A stretch of 63,964 nucleotides of DNA, counting the filler, from Sanchytrium tribonematis (Eukaryota): the NCBI GenBank assembly GCA_018985235.1. It is 8 parts of 8 records of this genome, joined end to end, with 100 filler letters (N's around TTAATTAATTAA, not from the genome) between each part and the next. Parts side by side here need not be neighbours in the genome. Positions count along the whole stretch, not along the records: positions 40,381 to 48,312 come from JADGIG010000408.1; positions 48,413 to 56,343 come from JADGIG010000409.1; 6 more parts are not named here. The stretch is one strand, 5' to 3'. The position numbers and the translations under genes are program-made. The number at the start of each line of letters is the position of its first letter. Positions within the stretch are counted from its first letter, which is position 1. This document shows positions 42,894 through 53,602 of this stretch, in pieces. The notes beneath the pieces were generated by a model. That model was not told the DNA's origin, did no database searches, and worked only from the letters and a program-made list of their open reading frames with translations.

Positions 42894-45800
42894 ATGTAGT
42901 AAAGTGTACTTCAGTGTAAACGGACAGGCATATGATTTGACGCTACCAATTGGATTTAGAATGAATCAAATTCTGCCATTGGGAATTACAAACAATTTGA
43001 CAGAATCCAATATCATTGTCAATGGCTCAACATGGGACTCTTCCACACCCACCCCAAAAGTCATTACGAGAATTGAAATCAATAGTGAAGCAATAAATGC
43101 TTTCATTTCTTATTTACGTAACTCGGGAATATTTGATGATGTTTACTTCAAATTCAGGTATATTTACAAATTAATCAACAGATTTATGCATAAGATGAGT
43201 CAATGTCGGATTATGTTACTTTATTTGTGCATCCATATGAATATTTTAAGCATCTATGGCATAAAAGTTAATTTTGCTGGAAATGTGTTCGATATTCGTG
43301 AGCCTATCCAATATGTCCAGGATCTTGGTATTGAATTTGCTGCTCGTGGTATTCCCAATGGTAAATTTCATTTCCAAGGCGAACCACTTGATTGGGGAGA
43401 AGAAATAGCCCCAGATCACAATGGCCAATTATTTTTCAAATTGGACCCTAGAGAGCCAAGAATTAATGCCCCAACTATCACAGAAGTACAGGATATGCGC
43501 ATATGTGGTTGGAATGTGAATGGAATTGCCCAAAACATCCAGGATATTCAAAATTTAATGATTACAGAGAATATTGATCTAGTTTTCTGCGCTGAGTGTA
43601 AAGTTAGACAAAATTTCCCAATGCCAGCCAATGTTAAGTACTTTAACAGCCAGAATTCGGCTTATGGATGCGCAGTGTTTTATCACCCACGTAAATTTAC
43701 ACAAGGCGACTTAAATGTTCATGGTTCCGAGTGCCATATACTTGTTAAAATGAGATCAGTGGATATTCTCTATGGATATAAAAAGCCAAAGTTGAATCCA
43801 ATTCTATGGTTTGATGAAATAAGGCCCCTCTTGTCTGGTAAAATCTTCTGCTTAGGGGATATAAATATATATCTATTACGCACATTAACAACAAGAGAAA
43901 TTGTATTCTTTGATCTGATGGCTAGTGAAGGATTGCTTAAATATGATGTGGATGATGATGAAAACTTCACTTTCCACAAAAATGGCTCAATTGCTTTATT
44001 GGATTATGCATTCTATAAGACAGATACAAGTTACACTGTAACAGATGCATATCATATAGATTTATTTCATTTATCTGACCACAAGGCCATTGTTTTTGAT
44101 TTGGCGCTGGATAATTCAGACGTTTTGATTTTGGGGAAAAGACCTCGTTGGAATGTCAAACTACTAGAAAAAGAGGATAATCTATGCAGATATCAAAATG
44201 AAATGGATGTTGAGTGTATTCGACGAATGCCAGACATGCAACAGGCTCTAATTGTCATGAATAACTCGAATTGTACTTTTAACGAGAGAATTGATAAATG
44301 TAATGATATTGCCAATGACCTCATAGCAATAATCAACAAATCCGCAAATGAAGGGTGCCCCAAAACCCGAAAATATCATGAAATTAGCTGTGCCAAATTG
44401 GCATCTCTTCAAACTAGTAGATTGAGTAATAATGATATTGCAAATAGAATCCTAAACAAAGCAAGGAAATTAGCACTAAAAAAATACAAATCTAATATGA
44501 ATAGCCTTGATTCCCCTCAGTTCATGAAAGTGATCAAATTAGCAGCACGCCGCAAGGGGATAAATTCAAAATATCTTGATAAACTGAAGATTGTCGATCA
44601 TTTTACAAAATGGAATGGTAAATGGAACCTGAATGATCAGACTCACGGTATTTACTATCCAGACAGAATGGAAAATGTAGAATGGCTTGAAATGGAATAT
44701 GAAAATTTTAACAATTTATTGATGAAAACACCCAAATCCAAGAGTAGTGGTCCTGATAACATCATGAATGAGCTTTTACACAATGCCACTGAGAGATTAA
44801 AGCAGTTTCTGTGTCAATATTTCAATGCAATTGGTAGAACAGGATTAATTCCTGATAATTTTCGATACAGCACTATTATCCCAATTCACAAAGGAAAAGA
44901 CACTGCTTATGATGATATCATGGGATATAGGCCCATATCTTTATGTTCGGTGCTTCGAAAAGCATTCGAATGCATGTGGAAACCAAAATTAATGGCATAT
45001 TTAGAAACAAGTCAAAATCAATTTGGATTCAAAGCAATGAACTCTACATTGGACGCCGCTTGGTTCTTTGAGTCTAAACTGCAAGAAATGAACTACAATC
45101 CTGAACAATTTGTCATTTGCAAGGGTGATATTACTGCCGCATTTGACAATTTAGATCATGAAAAACTAGTTATTATGCTATGTAGATTGGGAATTCCTGA
45201 CAATATGATGTGCCTATTTGTCATTTATGCACCAAACAAAACATCCAATTAATGATTGGAAATGAGAAGACAGACTTCAAATCGTGTCACAAGGGGGTCG
45301 TGCAAGGTACTTGTACTTCCCCAAATATCTTCACAAAGTTGGTAGATATGGTGATGCAGGATTTGGGTATTTTAAACGTATGGTTTTGTGATGACCTTTT
45401 GTTTGTTAGTCAGCGCACCCGGTTTGAAGCAGATAAAGCAAATTTCAAGCAAAGACTCTCTGAAATAGGATTAAAACTGGGAGAGGCAAAAACCTATCCA
45501 CTCAATGAACAGTTTGACAAATGGTTGGGCCTTAGTATAAATGAGAAGGGCCTAAATAGAGATAAACATGCTGCAAACAATTTACAAAATGCACGCTATA
45601 AATTGAGTGAGAGCCGGAACAAAGGAATATTTAATGGGGTTGTGAAAACAGCTCATTTACTGAGATATATTGGGACAGTAATCATGCCAACCCTTCATTA
45701 CGGCATGGCTTTGCATAAGCCAGATGTCGACATAGCCCACAAATTTGATGTATTCTTAAACACAGCCGTGAGATCACTAGCAGGAATACCGCACCACACC

Positions 45801-46915
45801 CCAATTGAAGATATTCATGTGTACTGTGGATATAACTCATATTTGTCACGCTGGCAGCACCTTTCATCAAAATTTATGAACAGAGTCTCTGTCAAAACAG
45901 ATGCATTTGAATTGATTGAATATGTTCCCAAAAGCAATTTCTCTTTCACCATGGATAGACAATTAGTAAAATATCAAGAGAAGCAACCAATTTTAAAAGC
46001 AGTATTTGGTCGGAAATATGAATGCGATGTATGTCATCAAACACATCGATTCATCAATCATATCTATCAATGTCACTCTAAAATCATAAAAAATGACGCA
46101 CAAATGTGCTCAAAAACACACAATCAGCGTGTTGTTTCACTCCCTGATTCATGGAGAATCCATTTGCAAAATTATCAAAGTTCTATGGATGACAATACGA
46201 CACATATTTATAGTGACGCAAGTTTTCACCAGCATCCCACAACACAAGCAACAGCCGGAATTATCATTATTAACAAATCCGATTATTATATTAAATCATT
46301 CAAATTGAAAAAATTGGCTATTGATGATTCAACTCGCAGTGAGATAGCTGCCATTTGCTGTAGTATCAAAGTAGCTGAACAGATATAAAGTACTTTAAAC
46401 CATTCCATTACCATTTTATGTGACAGCGAATCCGCAATAAGTGCTTTTGAGTACACCAAAGCAAATACGACACCATTCTACCATGTATACTGTAATGATT
46501 TGATAGCGCAAGTGTATTCAAGCGTGAATAGATATACATTTGAATATGTCAAGGGACATGATGATGAGAATCCAAATGGATTAAATCATGCAAGTAATTT
46601 ACTGACTCATTTTCACAGCAAATCCTTATTTGCACCAGGATTTACCTGATGAATTACATTTGGACGCAAATTCAATTCCTGAAGTGGGACAGCTAAACCA
46701 AATACCTAGTCTAGTTGTAAATATTACAAAAAACCATTGAGCATTATAGAGTTACGTTTAATAGAATACATTCAAAAGGTCGAAATGTTCAAAAATTTGC
46801 TTCAAAAATTTGATTCTGTCATGACTAAATTACAAGTTTTAGATGTTTATTAGTTTTCATTTTGGGGAAGTAAAATATCAACGGGGTCAACAGTCGTGGT
46901 TGATTGGTTAATAAA
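41667..46915 (+). mobile_element. decayed non-LTR retrotransposon related to the 33526-38474 element; ends approximate
   Basis: ORF1 41667-42893; APE (GWNVNG, GDIN, LDY, SDH); RT (YRPISL, QFGF, DITAAFD, GVVQG, FCDD); RNase H (YSDAS, RSE, CDS, YVKGH); frameshift near 45210, in-frame TAA 46386-46388 and further 3' frameshifts. Confidence 0.9.
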
Positions 46916-47276
46916 ATAACATATTAAAGAACCTTTAAATAACTTTTGAAAATTAAGGGCTTGACTCATCAGAAATATTTAAAGAAATAAGTTTAAGAGT
47001 TTCAATTTGGAGCTCCATCTAGCATGGAAACTGAGTCTATTGCTACTAATGAGTGTTTCAAGTATGCATGTACTCAAGACACTTGAAATTAGAAAACTAA
47101 TCATATTTATTTCAATACAATTATTTAGATTGTGTTACTGCGAATGCTAATATCTTATGGATCAGCAAAATTCGCATTCAAATTTGATGAGAGAAATCCA
47201 CTCGCTTTAACGCTTTTAGCAACAGAATCTTGCACCGTTGCTCTTTTTGAAAATATTAAGGTGTTTGAAATATCAT

Positions 47277-48278
47277 TTATAGAATCAATATTTTATCCTC
47301 TGTTAATTCTGAGGTAGAGATATCATCATTTGGGATCAAATCTCTCTGTTTAGATCCACCAAGTGGATCTATTAATACTAGTTGATATTTATTGCGAGGA
47401 ATTGTGATGTTTTTATGTGTTAGATGAATTATATCAAGTTTGGATTGTAGTTTAAAATCAAGGAAGTAATTCATGTTAAACATGGATTTGAGATAATAGA
47501 AGAAATCAGAGCTTCTGTGGAGACATGGCAAAATGTGTTTCATGAATTTATTGAATTTGAGAGCAGTAAATTCAATGTAGTTTGTCTGGTGGTTATATAA
47601 ACAGTCTTGGATTCTTGTTAAAATCATGTGGAAAATAGTGTGCAATGTGCTGCTGTGTAAATAGAGCAGTGTTATACCAGTAAAATATATGTGTATTCCG
47701 TTTGGGAGCAGTCCAGTGTAATTGACTCTGCTAAATTTCTTACATTTCAATGATTTTATTGCGCCAATTCTAGCAATTGGATAATTTATGGCGAATAGTT
47801 TGCAATATTGGTAAAATAGTGACAAATGAACTGCGTTGTTGGTGTAATCTACACATTTGCCTATGTAGCTAGCAAATATTGCCATTTGAGAAAATTTCGA
47901 AATTTCACAAAGAGATGCGTCAAAATCAATTACTGAAATATATAAAATGAATAACCCGGCTTTATTTGAGGACAATCTACGTGTTTTAAAAAGTATATCT
48001 TAGAAAAACTTGCAAATTTGAATGAATATATTTATTATTCTTGCATTGCCACAGGTATCCTTGCTAGGATTCTCTATGTAAATAAGTATTACCTCTGGTA
48101 CTGGTAGCACGTTTGAGTGTCCCTCTTCATCCAGTTCTCTTGCTGTTGTTTTTAATGTGATTGCAAACTCATTTCTAGCTTTATCATATGCGATAAATGT
48201 CCATGTGGCTACTATCAATAACACGGAAATTTCTGCCAGAACATGTCGAGTGGAAAAGATGTTATTAAGCGCACCCAA
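47277..48278 (-). pseudogene. hypothetical membrane protein with an in-frame TAA at 48000-48002
   Basis: ORFs 48000-48278 and 47277-47975 share a frame and are separated by a single stop. Confidence 0.35.
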
Positions 48279-48312
48279 GACGACCTACCGTCTGCAAACC
48301 CAGTAGGATTAC

Positions 48313-48412
48313 NNNNNNNNNNNNNNNNNNNNNNNNNNNNNNNNNNNNNNNNNNNNTTAATTAATTAANNNNNNNNNNNNNNNNNNNNNNNNNNNNNNNN
48401 NNNNNNNNNNNN
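48313..48412. other. artificial contig linker
   Basis: N44-TTAATTAATTAA-N44. Confidence 0.98.
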
Positions 48413-48547
48413 TTTGCTCTAAAATTATCCAATTTGCTATGTATTGATTCTCTCTATGTCTGAATGGATTAATCTATTGAATGTGGCAAAATTAAACGTA
48501 GTTTAATTACAAAAGAAGTATTAATAGTCAGAAGAATTTATTCTATA

Positions 48548-49651
48548 ATGGTTCGTCCAATTATTATTCCAACGACAAGTATTGATCAAACTAAGCTCGA
48601 CGCTATAAAAGGAAGAAAACTTGAAATAAGTGCAATCTCTAATAGATGCGCTAGTATCTCTGAAAAAAGAGATTCTTTGTTACTTTTCGCTATCGGAATG
48701 CCTGGTAGTGGAAAAACTTTAGCAATTCACCATGCAATTCAGGACTTGATTTTAAAGAATTATCATACGACTTTCAAATTCATCGGTATTGATGGCTTAG
48801 ACCAAGCGGATGAAGACCAACCATGGGTTCAATTTTGGCAAGACTTGACAGGCTCTAACGAATATGACAAAGCTTCAAAAAAGAAGGTTGCAAGATGGCT
48901 CGCATCGGATCAAAGACCCACCTTAATCTTGTTTGTTGACAATTCAGACGCCCTACTCTCTAGATTCCCACATGTCGGAATGGCCTTGTTGCGACTTGCT
49001 ACAGAATATCAAAATGTCATCTTAATTGCTTCCTCGGTTGTGGCAACAATTACCGACAAATTATTAAAGGAAGGCACTATCAAAGAAAACTCATTTGACA
49101 AATTGGTTTTTCAACCTTATAAGCCATTTGAATTAAACGATATCATTTTGATTTACTTGGAGGAAAACTACAAGTTTGAAGCAATTGAGAACGGATATCT
49201 TGTTGATGATGTTGAAGTAACGAACGATGGTCTTTTGACAGCTGCGACAATTGTTGCGAATAGAACTGGAGATCCAAGAGAGCTCAACAATTTTATGGAT
49301 GAGCTAATGCGATATGCAAAAAAGGCCCATATGCCAATTAACAGTTCTTTTGTGGAAAGATTGTCAGGTGAGATTTTCCAGCCGATTAAAGAGCAATTTC
49401 TTGCCACTTTGTGCGAGCATAATCCTGTCCATCGACCTATTTTGATGAGGATTATGAATAACACCATTGAAGAACCAGCTGAAATGGACCACTTATTGGA
49501 AACAGCAAGTCAAACGCACTTGGATTTGGGCTTGTCGAAAGTGGATGCGTTCAAATTCCGACCGCTGATTCAATTATTGATTGATTTTCAAATTCTTAAT
49601 GAAGAGAAGCAGAAATATCAATGGGCTGCAGGTGAGCATTGGTGTCAATAA
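48548..49651 (+). CDS. Cdc6/Orc1-like AAA+ ATPase, short and divergent
   Basis: Walker A GMPGSGKT, Walker B ILFVDNSD, FQPYKPFELNDII, GDPRE. Confidence 0.75.
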   Translation: MVRPIIIPTTSIDQTKLDAIKGRKLEISAISNRCASISEKRDSLLLFAIGMPGSGKTLAIHHAIQDLILKNYHTTFKFIGIDGLDQADEDQPWVQFWQDLTGSNEYDKASKKKVARWLASDQRPTLILFVDNSDALLSRFPHVGMALLRLATEYQNVILIASSVVATITDKLLKEGTIKENSFDKLVFQPYKPFELNDIILIYLEENYKFEAIENGYLVDDVEVTNDGLLTAATIVANRTGDPRELNNFMDELMRYAKKAHMPINSSFVERLSGEIFQPIKEQFLATLCEHNPVHRPILMRIMNNTIEEPAEMDHLLETASQTHLDLGLSKVDAFKFRPLIQLLIDFQILNEEKQKYQWAAGEHWCQ

Positions 49652-49673
49652 ATGGAGGATGTTATACAATTTT

Positions 49674-50324
49674 TTATTCTTTTAACAACAGACTACTCCA
49701 TTGCACTGGTACTTCTATGGTTTCTTCTCCCTCACTGACTTTAATAACTCCATTTTTGTACCCGTATTCAAATATTTCTTTCAAAATTTGAATTGTTTCT
49801 TCAGCATTTGTTTTTAATTCATCCATTTTCTTTTCTTTAAATAAATCAATTGGTGAAAATTGATTGTATTTCCCAACAGTCCCATTACTAACCGCTTCTA
49901 ATTTCAAAAATGGACCCCACATCATTGACTCAAGACTGACCATCATGTCAAAAAATCTACATTTGTTGATGTCAAGTCCATGGGAAGCTAAAATCAGTAA
50001 AGCCTTTCTTTTAATGCCAAATCCTACTACTAGCCTTTTATAACACAAATCAAATAGTTTTTCAATATCTTTGGCATTAAAAGTAATTAATTTGTCTTTT
50101 TTAGAATCATAAGCACTTGCGATAGATATTTTCAATTTGTCCAGATGTTTTGATCCGCCAACTTCTGAATCAAGTTGCTGAACATGTACGTCTAATATTA
50201 AATAGTGCTTTAATTTCTTAGAAGGAGTTGCTTTGTATGGAGCACAATAAAATTCCTTAGACTGTGTTGTATTTCTGTTGATTAATCTCATCTCCAAATG
50301 TATCACCCTTTTAAGCGTAGTCAT
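49674..50324 (-). CDS. bacterial-type RNase_H_2/YprB-like 3'-5' exonuclease-fold protein, probably inactive
   Basis: YLILDV..Q...EVGG....KL.ISIA.AYD, VVGF, KLE.V...T.G, IFEYG..NG.I...EVPVQW. Confidence 0.65.
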   Translation of the reverse strand: MTTLKRVIHLEMRLINRNTTQSKEFYCAPYKATPSKKLKHYLILDVHVQQLDSEVGGSKHLDKLKISIASAYDSKKDKLITFNAKDIEKLFDLCYKRLVVGFGIKRKALLILASHGLDINKCRFFDMMVSLESMMWGPFLKLEAVSNGTVGKYNQFSPIDLFKEKKMDELKTNAEETIQILKEIFEYGYKNGVIKVSEGEETIEVPVQWSSLLLKE

Positions 50325-50451
50325 TTCACTTTATAAATTTAGAAAATTTAACAGAACAACAACCCGATTGTCTTGGATTTAGTCCCGTCACACATTCCAG
50401 ATTTCGATCATTTGTAAATCTTTAAATTTCTTCTCCACTTGTAACAAAATA

Positions 50452-52282
50452 ATGCTTCGTTTTGCTCGCAAATTATCCAATATTAAATATACAGACCATC
50501 ACTTCGATGCACTAGTTGTAGGTGCTGGAGGAGCAGGTCTCAGGGCTGCATTTGGTCTAGCAGAGAAAGGATTAAACACAGCTTGTATCACTAAATTATT
50601 TCCAACAAGATCACATACCGTTGCTGCTCAAGGTGGTGTAAATGCTGCTTTGGGTAATATGACGGAAGATGATTTCAGATGGCACATGTACGATACAGTT
50701 AAAGGAAGTGACTGGCTTGGAGATCAAGATGCAATTCATTACATGACGAAAGAAGCTGTTAACGCTGTAGTCGAATTGGAACATTATGGTGTGCCATTTA
50801 GTAGAACTAAAGATGGTAGGATATATCAGCGTGCATTTGGTGGTCAATCTTTACAATTTGGAAAGGGTGGTCAAGCATATCGTTGTTGTGCAGTTGCTGA
50901 CAGAACTGGACATTCTATTTTACATACTTTGTATGGACAATCATTGAGACACAATTGCAATTATTTTATAGAGTATTTTGCATTAGATTTGATGATGGAA
51001 GATGGTATATGTAAAGGAGTTACCGCCATTTGTATGGAAGATGGCTCATTACATCGGTTTTTTGGTAAAAATACAGTCCTAGCAACCGGAGGTTATGGTA
51101 GAGCTTATTTTTCATGCACTTCAGCGCATACTTGTACTGGAGATGGAACTGCTATGGTTGCAAGAGCTGGTTTGCCATTACAAGATATGGAATTTGTTCA
51201 ATTTCATCCTACCGGAATATATGGTGCTGGTTGTTTAATTACTGAGGGCTGCAGAGGAGAAGGCGGTATATTACTAAATAGCGAGGGAGAACCATTTATG
51301 AGAAGATATGCTCCAGTTGCTAAGGATTTAGCTAGTCGAGATGTGGTTAGTAGATCTATGACTATCGAAATCAAAGAAGGACGTGGATGCGGTCCTCAAA
51401 AAGACCACATTTATTTACAGCTTAGTCATTTGCCTAAAGAAGTACTTCATGAGAGGCTGCCGGGAATATCAGAGACTGCTGCAATATTTGCTGGTGTAGA
51501 TGTCACAAAGGAACCAATTCCTATTTTGCCAACAGTTCATTATAATATGGGTGGAATTCCTACAAAATACACCGTACTTTAATTTTATTTAGGGTCAAGT
51601 TATTGGTGTTGATAAAGACGGAAAAGACATCATTATTCCAGGACTTTATGCTGCTGGAGAAGCTGCATGTGTAAGTGTTCATGGAGCTAATAGACTAGGT
51701 GCCAATTCTTTGCTTGATATTGTTGTATTTGGACGTGCCTGTGCGCTTCATATTGCAGAGAATAATAAGCCAAATACAAACGAAAAGGCATCTTCTGACT
51801 TGGGGGTGGCCTCATTTAAAGATCTTGCTTCTTTGAAGGATAAGAAAGGAAAGGTTGGAGCTGCTAAAATAAGACAGAATATGCAAAAAGTTATGCAGAG
51901 TGATGCTGCTGTATTCAGAACCCAGTCCACTCTAGAAGCAGGTTGCAAATCTATCTCTGAAGTTGCAAAGTCTTTCGACGGTGTTGTCGTTAATGACAAA
52001 AGCAATGCCTGGAACACAGATTTAGTAGAAACGGTGGAACTTCGCAATTTACTTACAAATGCTGTTCAAACTATGTATTCTGCAGAAGCCAGAAAAGAAA
52101 GTAGAGGAGCCCACGCTAGAGATGATTTTCAAGAAAGAAATGACAAAGAATGGATGAAGCACACTCTATCGTGGCACGACGAAAAAACTGGAGAAGTAAC
52201 TCTCAAGTACCGCGAGGTTGCTATGAAAACTTTGGATGAAAAAGAATGCAAATCCGTTCCTCCATTTAAGCGAGTCTATTAA
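50452..52282 (+). CDS. SDH1: succinate dehydrogenase flavoprotein subunit, two exons
   Basis: [33 protein letters not shown]; splicing gives KYT-GQV...[20 protein letters not shown]. Confidence 0.98.
51574..51592 (+). other. 19-nt spliceosomal intron
   Basis: GTACTTTAATTTTATTTAG. Confidence 0.93.
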
Positions 52283-52665
52283 AATAAAATTTATAATAGT
52301 TTTACCGCTCTTTAGGGAATTAGAAACAATCATGTCATCGACTACATCTGTCTTGTGACTCTGACGTCAAAAATGGCTGCGCTCAAAATGCAGAATTCAA
52401 AAATAATTTTATAAAATAAGGGACAAGCCGGGTGGATTATTTAGGACTTTTTATCCAGGTTGTGAGAAAAATTAAAATTATTATAAAAAAATTGTTTTTT
52501 CTGATTGATTTTATTTTTAATATATAAATTTATCCGTTTGACTGCTATTAAGCCATCTAACATTTACCAAATCTCTTTGCAGTATTTTGGTTGATCATGT
52601 TTCCATCATTTGGTACGTCTCATTTTCTACGTATATAAAACTTTGATTCCAAACAATCGCAAAAC

Positions 52666-53148
52666 ATGCTTCAGAGTTCTTCATTTGAAAACTTTGATAA
52701 CCTGGAAAAGATAGCCTGTATAATGCTGGTCAAATTACAAAAAGGAGATCTTAGAGTTGATTCAAAAGAACCAAGTGTAAATAATCTATATCGGTTAAGT
52801 AAAGAATCCGATGAAGACTCAGTCCAAGAAAAGAGAAAAACAAAGAGTATTAGGTCGAGCCCGTCAAAAAGCAGATCTATTGAGAAACTTGATCAAATAG
52901 GAGAGTCCGAAAAATCATGTTGCTCGCTATGTCTTCGAACTTTTAACAGAAAGTACGAACTGGAAAGACACTTAAAAACTGTACATGTAGAGCCTGTTAA
53001 GTGCGCATTTTGTTTAAAAAATCTTAAATTAATGAATCGTAAAGATATGCAGAAAAAGCATTTGATGTTCAGATGCAATGAATTCATATCCAGTGGCCAG
53101 GACATTGATATGGTCGATCTTGATGCTGTATTCACCAGAGTGGAGTGA
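52666..53148 (+). CDS. C2H2 zinc-finger protein
   Basis: CSLCLRTFNRKYELERHLKTVH and CAFC...RKDMQKKH...C. Confidence 0.8.
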   Translation: MLQSSSFENFDNLEKIACIMLVKLQKGDLRVDSKEPSVNNLYRLSKESDEDSVQEKRKTKSIRSSPSKSRSIEKLDQIGESEKSCCSLCLRTFNRKYELERHLKTVHVEPVKCAFCLKNLKLMNRKDMQKKHLMFRCNEFISSGQDIDMVDLDAVFTRVE

Positions 53149-53602
53149 TTTTATTATTGTAGGAATAAATATGTTTATGTGATTTTCGATCCTGACAAGC
53201 TCACTGGCAACAAAAAACAACCAGAAAGTATGGAAGATGAATATGATTATCCAAATGATAGGCGGATGTTACATGCTTTTAGGGCTTCTATTCTCCAACT
53301 ACACTGGACGGGAAAACAGAATATTCAAAGGCCATAAAGTTTAAATGAGCTCTGCTAAAAAAATTTGTCAGACGGATATGAATTACGAGCAGTTCGATGC
53401 AATATTAAAAAAGGCAGAAGACTATGACAGAAAAGAAAGACAGGTTGAAGAGGAGGCAAAAAGGATGGTTCAGAATTTAATAATGCAACTCAAATAAATA
53501 ACTTAATAATAAGAAGCTCAAACGATATTATTAGGCTGGAAAACTTAAATTTTGCCTCAATTTTATACCGCAATCCTAGAATTTTTCAAACTCTGTGTGA
53601 AA

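Noticed and set aside
41500..46960. TSD or simple-repeat tail for the second retrotransposon
   Set aside because: No convincing flanking duplication or tail found by eye; ends left approximate
30330..48002. In-frame TAG/TAA (30330, 46386, 48000) as evidence of TAR=Gln stop-codon reassignment
   Set aside because: Conserved genes end at TAA exactly where expected and use CAA/CAG for Gln; the internal stops occur only in accessory or decayed sequences
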